In this document: one piece after another, positions 55,854-64,000 of the stretch | Layout of the letters: each line of letters starts with the position of its first letter | Position numbering within the stretch: position 1 is the stretch's first letter | From: a phage | Direction: 5' to 3' (one strand) | NCBI GenBank assembly: GCA_014435945.1 | Contig: GCA_014435945.1_4088.1 | DNA: 64,000 nucleotides | Notes under the pieces: generated by a model | Seen by the model: the letters and a program-made list of their open reading frames with translations, nothing else | Told to the model about the DNA's origin: nothing | The model's database searches: none | Translations under genes and position numbers: made by a program

Positions 55854-55885
55854 GAGAACGGAAAATTCCGTTCTCTACTTTTTTC
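55854..55885 (+). terminator. intrinsic terminator
   Basis: GAGAACGG-aaaatt-CCGTTCTC followed by TACTTTTTTC. Confidence 0.75.
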
Positions 55886-55907
55886 AGCGGGACAGCTTGG
55901 AAAAAGG

Positions 55908-55916
55908 TGATATAAT
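55908..55916 (+). promoter_or_regulatory. extended -10 promoter element (TGATATAAT)
   Basis: TGATATAAT 35 nt upstream of the 55951 ATG. Confidence 0.4.
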
Positions 55917-55950
55917 TATATTTGTAACAACATACATGGAGAGTATTAAA

Positions 55951-56181
55951 ATGGAACAAGAACCAGAAAAAATTCAACTAACCCTAATCGACCTAATCAA
56001 CGCTGCTAAAATCATGGAAGCTGCTGTTGCTCGTAATTCATTTAAAGTCGAAGAACTTGTTGATGTTGCTCCAGTCGTATCTAAGTTTGTTGAGTTTGCT
56101 AACTCTGCACTCGAAGATATCAAAGCACAAGAAGAAGCTGATGCTGCACAAGCTGCTGCTGAACAAAATAAAGGAGAATAA
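55951..56181 (+). CDS. hypothetical acidic protein
   Basis: ATG after GGAGAG; 76 aa (ORF track started upstream at 55852). Confidence 0.45.
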   Translation: MEQEPEKIQLTLIDLINAAKIMEAAVARNSFKVEELVDVAPVVSKFVEFANSALEDIKAQEEADAAQAAAEQNKGE

Positions 56182-56183
56182 TA

Positions 56184-56837
56184 ATGGCTATTCGTCACGT
56201 TGGTGTAGTACGTAATACGGGTTCACGAGTATTTGTGGTATGGCGTTCACTCCCTGATGATCCAGAACATTGTCTCATTGTTTATCGCGACTCACTTCCT
56301 GAAGCATATGCTCAATCTGTTGCAGATTTAGTAATGAATCAAGGTCAATCGAATGTAGATTTGTGGGAAGTTATGCATAAGATTGGTCATCTAGACGGTC
56401 GCAAAATGCTAGATGTTCTTCATAATCTACAACATTTGCGTCGTGCACGTACTTGTGATATTGATATGCATGTTGGTGGAAACAGTAAGATTTCTCTTGA
56501 TGTTCTAAACACCGCAATCAATGATAATGATGCTAAAAAACATGAAGATGGTAAAGTTAAAGAATACAACCCATTCAAGCCACAAGAAGTTGATACTTCT
56601 GTTGAAGAAGCTACCATTGTTGAGCAACTACTTAAAGATGCACAACGTTATGAGCAGTTGGCTAAAGAGCACTTTGAACGTGCTTACAACTTAGAACCAT
56701 CTCTACGTCCACAAGTTCAAGCAACACCTGTAGCACCTGATAGCAAAACTTTCTATATTGAAATCCCAGAAGGAATTTCACAAACCAAAGCAATTGAGAA
56801 AGTTAAACAGGCATTTGCTGAACGTAAAGCAAAATAA
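56184..56837 (+). CDS. hypothetical protein
   Basis: 217 aa. Confidence 0.5.
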   Translation: MAIRHVGVVRNTGSRVFVVWRSLPDDPEHCLIVYRDSLPEAYAQSVADLVMNQGQSNVDLWEVMHKIGHLDGRKMLDVLHNLQHLRRARTCDIDMHVGGNSKISLDVLNTAINDNDAKKHEDGKVKEYNPFKPQEVDTSVEEATIVEQLLKDAQRYEQLAKEHFERAYNLEPSLRPQVQATPVAPDSKTFYIEIPEGISQTKAIEKVKQAFAERKAK

Positions 56838-56842
56838 TATAA

Positions 56843-57436
56843 ATGAATAAAATAGAATTAGATGAAGCAATCAATGGTTTATCTAATGTATGTTTCAGTG
56901 GCGGGGCAGCAGGTGCTGACCGCCTTTTTTCTATCTATGCAAAAGACAATGGATTTGAAGTAATAAATTTTTCATTCAAGGGTCACCAAAGCAGTGTAGA
57001 TGAAAATACTATATTAGAAATTCCATCCAATATCCTTTGTGATAGTTCAATATTAAAACAATTAAACATTGCATGTTACTCTTTACGCCGTAAAGTTCCT
57101 AAGCCTGGTTCGTATGTATATAACTTACTTGCAAGGAATAGTTACCAGATACTTAATACTAAAAGAGTATATTGTATTGCAAATATTACATCACCCACGC
57201 AAGTTTCAGGTGGAACTGCATGGGCAGTACAGATGTATATGGATTCAGTTGACAATCCAGAAATATATTGTTATGATATGAACACTCGCTCTGTATTTTA
57301 TTATGATACAGTACTGAAAGAGTTTACTGAAACATTCTCAATACCAGCACCACACGGTAACTGGACTGGGATTGGTTCACGTAATGCTACACAAAAACAC
57401 ATGGAACACTTTATTACATTTTTCAAGGACGTATAA
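56843..57436 (+). CDS. hypothetical protein (possible DprA/LOG-like Rossmann fold)
   Basis: N-terminal CFSGGAAGADRLFSIYA resembles GxAxGxD of DprA/LOG-like proteins; tentative. Confidence 0.3.
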   Translation: MNKIELDEAINGLSNVCFSGGAAGADRLFSIYAKDNGFEVINFSFKGHQSSVDENTILEIPSNILCDSSILKQLNIACYSLRRKVPKPGSYVYNLLARNSYQILNTKRVYCIANITSPTQVSGGTAWAVQMYMDSVDNPEIYCYDMNTRSVFYYDTVLKEFTETFSIPAPHGNWTGIGSRNATQKHMEHFITFFKDV

Positions 57437-58365
57437 TGAAACAACTACAAGAACTATATCAAAGAATTCTGGATCAAGGTGTCGAAAGCGTTGATCGTAC
57501 TGGTGTTGGCACTATCAAGCTAATCGGACAACAAATGCGTTTTGACCTAAAAGAAGGTTTCCCAGCAGTAACTACTAAACGTTTAGCTTGGAAAGCAATG
57601 ACTTCAGAATTGTTATGGTTTATTGAAGGTTCTCACGATGAGCGTCGTCTGTGTGAAATTTTACACGGGACACGTGATGTAGAAAAGAAAACAATTTGGA
57701 CAGACAACTACCTTAATCAAGGTGTAAGCCTTGGGTATTCTGATGGTGAGCTTGGCCCAGTTTATGGTAAACAATGGCGTGAATGGGAAGATTATAAATT
57801 CAGTTCCAGTACTGAAGAAATTCAAGAACTAAAAGATAAAGGGTATAAAGTTATTGATTATACTGGTTCACATGGTGTTATTATGCGTCGTGTAACTGAC
57901 CAGCTAAAACAAGTTATTGAAGGTATCAATACTGATCCATACGGTCGTCGTCACATTCTAAGTGCATGGAACGTTGGTGAGCTTGATGCTATGACTTTGC
58001 CACCCTGTCATAGCTTTGTGCAGTTTTGTGTTGTACAGGGTAAACTAAGTTGTATTCTTCATCAACGTAGTGCTGATCTATTCCTTGGTGTACCATTTAA
58101 TATTAGTAGTTACTCACTACTAACTCATATGATTGCACAAATTACAGGGTTAGATGTTGGTGAATTTATTTGGAATGGTGGTGACTGCCATATCTATCAA
58201 AACCATATTGAACAAGTAAAAGAGCAACTCCAACGTGAACCACGTACATTACCAGAATTATGGCTAGATCCTACTATTACTGATATTGAAGATTTCACTA
58301 TGGATTCTTTCAAATTAGTTAATTACGATCCAATGCCAACAATCAAAGCACCAATGGCTGTATAA
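57436..58365 (+). CDS. thyA: thymidylate synthase (ThyA type)
   Basis: DRTGVGT, GPVYGKQWR, SAWNVGELD, catalytic LPPCH, HQRSADLFLGVPFNI; ~30-aa insertion relative to E. coli ThyA. Confidence 0.9.
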   Translation: MKQLQELYQRILDQGVESVDRTGVGTIKLIGQQMRFDLKEGFPAVTTKRLAWKAMTSELLWFIEGSHDERRLCEILHGTRDVEKKTIWTDNYLNQGVSLGYSDGELGPVYGKQWREWEDYKFSSSTEEIQELKDKGYKVIDYTGSHGVIMRRVTDQLKQVIEGINTDPYGRRHILSAWNVGELDAMTLPPCHSFVQFCVVQGKLSCILHQRSADLFLGVPFNISSYSLLTHMIAQITGLDVGEFIWNGGDCHIYQNHIEQVKEQLQREPRTLPELWLDPTITDIEDFTMDSFKLVNYDPMPTIKAPMAV

Positions 58366-58372
58366 AAGAAAA

Positions 58373-58396
58373 GGGAGACTTATGTCTCCCTTTTTT
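58373..58396. terminator. bidirectional intrinsic terminator between convergent modules
   Basis: GGGAGAC-ttat-GTCTCCC flanked by A-run upstream and T6 downstream. Confidence 0.75.
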
Positions 58397-58397
58397 A

Positions 58398-60362
58398 TTA
58401 TCTTAATGTAACCAGTGTACGTCCGGCAAATCTCACATCAGGAGTTGCAGGGATACTGAACACTACGCTTGTTCCATTGAATGTAACACTATCAACTTCA
58501 ACACGAGTGTAAACACCAGTACTTACGAGTTCTTGAATTTCAGCAGTTACTATGTTACTAGCAGTTACTGTTAATGTGTAATATGAGCCGTTTAAAACCC
58601 ACGCTGACGCAGTAAACGGGTCAGTACGTACAGAACCAGAACCAATTGGAACCCATTGTCCTTGGACCTTCTGCATCGATGTACGTTCGGTATTTGAGTA
58701 TGCAATCATACCATCAACACCAACTGAGTTATCAATTGTAGCCAGTACTGGTAATTGAATACCATATCGGTTGAAACGAGTACGAATAACACCGTTATCA
58801 TATATACTTACATCAGCATAACTTCCCATAGTGAAACGTAAGTCTGCACCAAGTAGTTTTATATCACTTTGGTTTGTAGTACTTTCTAATGTGAATACAC
58901 CATTCTCTAGTAAGTTTATGTTTTTGAATTTGTTATTAGTTCCATTGAAATTAGTATTTGCATTATAAGTACTAACACCATTAACTGTAATAGTGTCACC
59001 AGTAGTGTCGCCTAGTGTTGTATTACCTTTAACAACTAAATTCCCGCTGGCAGTGATGTTACCTGCGTTTAAATCACCAGTTAGTGATGTTGATCCATCT
59101 ACAATAATATTTCCATGAAAATGTGATTCACCATTTTTAAATTCAACTTGAACTTTATTCATTGAACTTAAAGAAATAATATTACTACTTGCACTTATCC
59201 CTACGTTTGTGTTTGATGCATTATCAAAACGTATTACTGGCGTAGCTGCTGGTGTAGCGGTAGTTTGGAATAATGTTAATGTTCCATTATTAATTCTAAC
59301 ACGCTCAGTTCCGGCTGTTGTAAAACCAATTGCGTCATCGGATGGATGAAATATACCAGTATTAGCATCGGACCACTTAGTTGGGTCATTACCTGGGTTA
59401 TTCGTTGGGTCAAACGGATTATTATTAAATGTCAATGCTGGTGCTGCTGCACTGCCATACACCACCCCAAAACGCCCAGAGCCGTCTGTTCCATCATTAT
59501 ACATGGAATCGCCAGTTCTACGTAAACACTCAATCACAACGTTATCTATGGATGTTTGAACGGTCCCTGCGTTTGTTCTAAATTGGCGATGATTTGCAAT
59601 CATTACAGTATTGTCATATAATACTGAAGCAGCGGAAATGCTTGTTCTTGACTGACGAAGACGTATATTCTTATCTTCAGTTATAATAATCCAATCACCA
59701 TCTGAAAGTGCAGTTTGGTTCATTGGAACACCAGATGCAAATGGTTTGGTCAAGTCAGTATCTGTTGCTAAATTTTCAAGGCCATCATGTCCAGTACTGG
59801 GAATAGATGCAGTAATAATTCTAGCAAAAGCGTATGTTACTAGTTTAGCACCAGATATATTTGGATTAGAGTCAACATAATATAAAATTTCAATCCAATT
59901 ACCTTGTCCAGTTGGATTTGTAGGTGTAAATGTAACAGGACTTGTTTGTGGATTATTTGCTTCATAATGTGCTTGTGCGGCATCCATTATACCACGAACG
60001 ACATAATAATCACCATTAAGCGATGGTGATGGTGCTGGTAGTGGAGTTTGTGCTAAAGGTGGATCGATATCATCTGGGATGGGATTATATGTACCAACAA
60101 ATTGTAAACCACTAGTTACTGAATCTGGTAATTGGGAAGTAAGAAGTTTACCGTTTGCATCTAGGTTTGCAAAACGTCGATATGCCATTGAACCATCTTC
60201 AAAGTCTAGTACACCTTCAAATGCTTTCCATCCTTTATTGTATCTAATCATCCCTGATCTAACCACATCAGCGGTTTCTTTAGTCGGTGCTTTAGGTAAT
60301 TCTAGAAATGCCTGACTATCTATAATTACACCACCATCACCTCTAATTCGATTTATACTCAT
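58398..60362 (-). CDS. tail fiber / receptor-binding protein
   Basis: 654 aa, Gly/Thr/Asn/Ser-rich with short beta-repeat character; convergent with + strand genes. Confidence 0.55.
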   Translation of the reverse strand: MSINRIRGDGGVIIDSQAFLELPKAPTKETADVVRSGMIRYNKGWKAFEGVLDFEDGSMAYRRFANLDANGKLLTSQLPDSVTSGLQFVGTYNPIPDDIDPPLAQTPLPAPSPSLNGDYYVVRGIMDAAQAHYEANNPQTSPVTFTPTNPTGQGNWIEILYYVDSNPNISGAKLVTYAFARIITASIPSTGHDGLENLATDTDLTKPFASGVPMNQTALSDGDWIIITEDKNIRLRQSRTSISAASVLYDNTVMIANHRQFRTNAGTVQTSIDNVVIECLRRTGDSMYNDGTDGSGRFGVVYGSAAAPALTFNNNPFDPTNNPGNDPTKWSDANTGIFHPSDDAIGFTTAGTERVRINNGTLTLFQTTATPAATPVIRFDNASNTNVGISASSNIISLSSMNKVQVEFKNGESHFHGNIIVDGSTSLTGDLNAGNITASGNLVVKGNTTLGDTTGDTITVNGVSTYNANTNFNGTNNKFKNINLLENGVFTLESTTNQSDIKLLGADLRFTMGSYADVSIYDNGVIRTRFNRYGIQLPVLATIDNSVGVDGMIAYSNTERTSMQKVQGQWVPIGSGSVRTDPFTASAWVLNGSYYTLTVTASNIVTAEIQELVSTGVYTRVEVDSVTFNGTSVVFSIPATPDVRFAGRTLVTLR

Positions 60363-60408
60363 TTAAATATTTCCTCAGAATAGATTATATATTAAGTATT
60401 TATTTTAG

Positions 60409-60439
60409 ATAAAAGAAAAGGCCAACCATAGTTGACCTT
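60409..60439 (-). terminator. intrinsic terminator (minus strand)
   Basis: On the minus strand AAGGTCAAC-uaug-GUUGGCCUU followed by UUUUCUUUU. Confidence 0.6.
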
Positions 60440-60452
60440 TAAAAAATATAAA

Positions 60453-61232
60453 TTAACGAGTACGCTCAGGAATATCAATACCTTCATATACCCATACAGC
60501 CGCCTGTTGTGCTTTATAAATTGCATCTTCATCAGCATCAGGAACTGCATCAATGTCAGCACATTGCTTATCACACTCTGCGAATAGTGATTCAACCATA
60601 GCAAATGCTTCCGTGTATAGTTGTGTCATGTCAGCAGCAGATAGTTTAACAATTGCATCATCAAGGAAAATAGAAACACTATCAGCACCTGAAGTTACTT
60701 GAGTGTAATAGTTAAGAAGCATTTGACGACCAGCTAGATCAGTACTATAACGATGACCGTTAAACATATAACCAGCATTAATACGGTCACTACGAGATGA
60801 TACGGTGCGTGCTTTCAGATCAGATTTAACTGATGCAATATCCATATCAACATAATTATAAGTTTTCAGTACTGTTAACTCTTTATATTCACCTTCTGCT
60901 TCTTCTAAGAATGTAATGACTGGTTGATTACTATCTAGTAGTTTAATATATTCCAAATTCTCATTAATTGCGTTCACGTTACCAACATTCTTATATTCCA
61001 ACCACCAGAACCCCTCTTCTTTACGAACAGCGTTATTAGGTTCAATTTCAGAACCATCTTTACTTGAAATACCATAAAGTGCACGAATATCGCTGTACAA
61101 ATAACGATATGTTTGTTCATCATCTGGAGTTGCTCCAGGGCGTTCTTTTAAACCCTTAACACCAACTGGGTTGGAGATGATGTTACCCAATTCATAATTT
61201 TCTTTAGAACTACCTTTTACATATGTAAACAT
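60453..61232 (-). CDS. hypothetical protein between fiber genes (possible fiber-associated)
   Basis: 259 aa; minus-strand ATG preceded by GAGGT; acidic C-terminus. Confidence 0.5.
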   Translation of the reverse strand: MFTYVKGSSKENYELGNIISNPVGVKGLKERPGATPDDEQTYRYLYSDIRALYGISSKDGSEIEPNNAVRKEEGFWWLEYKNVGNVNAINENLEYIKLLDSNQPVITFLEEAEGEYKELTVLKTYNYVDMDIASVKSDLKARTVSSRSDRINAGYMFNGHRYSTDLAGRQMLLNYYTQVTSGADSVSIFLDDAIVKLSAADMTQLYTEAFAMVESLFAECDKQCADIDAVPDADEDAIYKAQQAAVWVYEGIDIPERTR

Positions 61233-61255
61233 ATAACTACCTCACTTGTTAAGAT

Positions 61256-61289
61256 GGTGTCACCATTATTGATGACACCGTTTTTTTTT
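61256..61289 (+). other. hairpin followed by T9 on the + strand (terminator-like, antisense to fiber module)
   Basis: GGTGTCA-10 nt loop-TGACACC followed by TTTTTTTTT; the T-run is on the + strand although flanking genes are on the minus strand. Confidence 0.45.
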
Positions 61290-61299
61290 ATTTTAATTA

Positions 61300-64000
61300 T
61301 TAAGCAGTACGTTGTGCAATGAACAAATCAGTAACTGAACTTACACCATCATAAATTACTTGGTAAATGGTCACGCTACCAGCAGTTTTGTTTAGTTCAC
61401 CATCAACAACAGCATAAGTACCATCAGTTGTAAAGTTTCTGTTACCAGTTGTATCTTGTTTAACATAGATGTATACTGATGCAGCTTTACCACCACCAAT
61501 TAGGCCAGTAATTGGAGCCAACGTGGTATCTTGGTCTAGAGTGATGAAGTATACGTTACTTGTACCATCTGGAGTCCATGTTCCGGTTGGAGCAATTACT
61601 GATGATGTAACTTGAGTTGGGATTACATCATACTTTTTGGTAGTTACTGTTGTAGTAGTTAAGTTAGCATTAGTAGTGGTTAGTTCACCAGTTACTGTTA
61701 CTGCCTTATCAAACACAGCATTTTCTTTAAATGATGAAGTTGCATTAACGGTTAGAACGTCAGCCGCTGCGTCACCTAATGTTACGTTACCATTCGCAGT
61801 TAGTGCTCCTGTTACTGCTAGTGTTCCACCTACTGTTGCGTTACCAGTAACGGATGCACTTGCAAGTGTAGCCAAACCTGATGTTGTAATTGTAGAAACG
61901 GTTGTTGCACCGAATCCAGCAGTACCAGTTGCAGAGATATTACCACCTACTGTTAGGTTACCAGCAGTGATACCAACAGTACCAGTGATGTTTGCACCAC
62001 TTGACATAGTTACTGCACCACCAAATGAACCAGTAGTAGTAACTTCTAAAGTATTACCTTTAAGCAATCCAGTTGCAGTGATAGAAGTACCAGCAGTAAT
62101 TGAAGTGTTAGCAGTAATTGAAGTGCCAGCCGCTACGTTGTTAGTTGCAGTCAAAGACTTAACAGCTACATCGGAATCTGCTTGGTTCAATTGTGCATTT
62201 AGTACACCAGTAACAGTAAAGTCACCGTTGTTTACAACGTTACCATTAACGATTAGGTTGTTGTTTTGTGAACCGACTTCACCAATTGTTGCAGAACTTG
62301 AAATAATTGCCGCACCAGCAGTAATATTACCAGCAGAAGATAAAGAATCGGATGCTATTACTGCAAACGGTTCTAGTGTTTGTCCACCAACATCGATATC
62401 TGCGTTAATACCACCTTCAACACGTAGTTTACCAGCAATATAAGTGTCTGGCATAATCTGTACAGTTTCAGGCTGCTCACCTAATGGTGTACCAACTGTT
62501 AGAGTTGCACCAGTTTTAACAGAACCTAGTGTTGTTTGACCAACTACACCTAGTGTACCACCAACGGTTGCGTTGTTAGTTACTGCTAGACCAGTTCCTG
62601 AACCATTCAAGGTTGCAGATGGAGCAGTTACTGCACCAGAAGTTAGTGTTCCACCAATTGTTGCTAAACCAGTTACACCTAATGTTCCACCAAGGGTAGC
62701 ATTACCTGTCGCATTTAATGTTTCAGATAGAGTTAGTGTTTTAGCAGAGATATCTGCACCAGTTAGATCTAAGCTACCAGGAGTTAGTGTTCCAACTACA
62801 GTTACATCGTTACCAAATGTCGCAGCACCAGTAACGCCAAGAGTAGTACTGAAAGAGCCACTTGTTGCAGATACACCAGAAGTTACGATAGAACCAAGTG
62901 ATGCTTGACCAGTTACTCCTAATGTACCACCAATAGTTGCATTATTAGTTACTGCTAGTGCAGTACCAGTACCGCTTAGGGTTGCCGATGGAGCAGTTAC
63001 TTCACCAGTTACACCTAATGTTCCACCTACTGTTGTGTTACCACCAAAGGAAGCTGCACCATCAGAGTGAATAGTTTCAGATACTGACAAACTCTTAGCT
63101 GTAATGTCAGCAGTTGTTAGGTCTAAACCACCTGCTGGTGTGAATACACCTTCAACAGTTACATCGTTGTCAAATGTAGCTGCACCAGTAACATCCAATG
63201 TAGAACTAAATGTACCAGTACTACCCGATACAGCACCGGAAACCAATGAACCAACAGTTGTTACACCAGTAATATTCACAAGACCAGTTACAGTCAATGG
63301 ACCTGAAGATAATGAGCCAGTTACACCTAATGTTCCACCAACGGTCGCATTGTTAGTAACACCCAAACTACCAGCATTCACTGTGCCAGATGCAGTAACA
63401 TCAGTAGTACTAACACCACCACTTAGTGTGCTTAGGCCAGTTGCAGTGATGGTTGAAGCAGTTGCAAGACTATTAGCAGAAATATCTGCACCAGTTAGGT
63501 CAATACCACCTTGTGGAACCAATTCACCTTCAACTGTTAGTTTCTGAACAGTACTATCACCAGATACATTTAAGGATGCAGCACTTAGTGCAGCTACTGT
63601 ACTTTGACCAGTTACATTTAAAGTGGTGTTTACTGTAGTGTTGTTTAAAGTTGTATCACCGGATACTAATATAGCGTTGGTATTGATACCACCAGCATCA
63701 ACTTGAATACCACCAGTGCTTACAGTTACTTTCTTGCCGATATTTACGATATCAGTTAGGGTAGTTGCACCAGTTACTGAAGCAGTACCTGCGACTGAAA
63801 GGTTTCCAGATACGGATGGGCTACCAGTTACAACACCAGTTGTTAGTACTAGGTTACCACCAACGGTAGTATTACCAGAACTAGCAAGGGTAATTGCTGA
63901 AACATTGGAAGAACTTAAATCAATTGAACCATTAACAACTAGGTCACCACCAATTGTAGCACCTTCAGTAGTACTTAGGGATTTAGAACTAATATCGGTA
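61300..64000 (-). CDS. tail fiber protein with repetitive GT-rich units, 5' end beyond window
   Basis: ORF-track start (TTG at 63522) is internal: the same minus-strand frame has no stop from 63523 to 64000; repeated GGTLGVTG-type units. Confidence 0.6.
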   Translation of the reverse strand, partial: TDISSKSLSTTEGATIGGDLVVNGSIDLSSSNVSAITLASSGNTTVGGNLVLTTGVVTGSPSVSGNLSVAGTASVTGATTLTDIVNIGKKVTVSTGGIQVDAGGINTNAILVSGDTTLNNTTVNTTLNVTGQSTVAALSAASLNVSGDSTVQKLTVEGELVPQGGIDLTGADISANSLATASTITATGLSTLSGGVSTTDVTASGTVNAGSLGVTNNATVGGTLGVTGSLSSGPLTVTGLVNITGVTTVGSLVSGAVSGSTGTFSSTLDVTGAATFDNDVTVEGVFTPAGGLDLTTADITAKSLSVSETIHSDGAASFGGNTTVGGTLGVTGEVTAPSATLSGTGTALAVTNNATIGGTLGVTGQASLGSIVTSGVSATSGSFSTTLGVTGAATFGNDVTVVGTLTPGSLDLTGADISAKTLTLSETLNATGNATLGGTLGVTGLATIGGTLTSGAVTAPSATLNGSGTGLAVTNNATVGGTLGVVGQTTLGSVKTGATLTVGTPLGEQPETVQIMPDTYIAGKLRVEGGINADIDVGGQTLEPFAVIASDSLSSAGNITAGAAIISSSATIGEVGSQNNNLIVNGNVVNNGDFTVTGVLNAQLNQADSDVAVKSLTATNNVAAGTSITANTSITAGTSITATGLLKGNTLEVTTTGSFGGAVTMSSGANITGTVGITAGNLTVGGNISATGTAGFGATTVSTITTSGLATLASASVTGNATVGGTLAVTGALTANGNVTLGDAAADVLTVNATSSFKENAVFDKAVTVTGELTTTNANLTTTTVTTKKYDVIPTQVTSSVIAPTGTWTPDGTSNVYFITLDQDTTLAPITGLIGGGKAASVYIYVKQDTTGNRNFTTDGTYAVVDGELNKTAGSVTIYQVIYDGVSSVTDLFIAQRTA

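Noticed and set aside
57436-58365. Intron or intein interrupting thymidylate synthase (as in T4 td)
   Set aside because: The ThyA reading frame is continuous with all catalytic motifs in order; the extra ~30 residues form an in-frame insertion, not an intervening sequence.
61637-63547. Plus-strand ORFs 61637-62443, 62573-62908 and 63104-63547 inside the minus-strand fiber gene
   Set aside because: Open frames arise from the repetitive, low-stop-codon composition of the fiber gene; the minus-strand frame encodes the coherent GT-rich repeat protein.

Overview
This window reads as a 64-kb segment of a large, AT-rich, virulent contractile-tailed phage of a Gram-negative host (spanin pair, T4-type lysozyme; no integrase or repressor seen). 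From 81 to 58,365 every gene is on the + strand, densely packed with strong Shine-Dalgarno sites and many intrinsic terminators; from 58,398 to the window end a convergent minus-strand tail-fiber module runs off the edge. Recognisable genes include a T4-like nucleotide-metabolism set (nrdD, nrdG, NrdC-like glutaredoxin, thymidine kinase, ThyA, dNMP kinase, dCMP-type deaminase), PhoH with an N-terminal PIN domain, a CCA-adding enzyme, a membrane-anchored LysM/T4-lysozyme endolysin, an 887-aa tail sheath followed by two paralogous putative tube genes, and several large fiber proteins. The most unusual observations are: (1) roughly 5-10-fold over-representation of the palindrome AGTACT, often as (TTC)AGTACTG(AA), in several reading frames and in intergenic DNA; (2) a scattered NAD/ADP-ribose/nucleotide-signal toolkit (Sir2, two Nudix genes of which one is frameshifted, a macro domain, a 2H phosphoesterase, DUF4326), plausibly counter-defence; (3) a MoxR ATPase + metallopeptidase-like/VWA pair behind tandem duplicated sigma70-type promoters and a long hairpin; (4) a ~690-bp ORF-poor island with its own promoter, internal direct repeats and terminator, a candidate ncRNA locus; (5) paralogous fiber genes sharing N- and C-terminal modules, followed by three tandem small paralogs. 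Functional calls rest on motifs recognised by eye, not on database searches; coordinates of regulatory hairpins were hand-indexed and may be off by 1-2 nt. Several ORF-track starts are GTG/TTG and were moved to an in-frame ATG with an SD where one exists.
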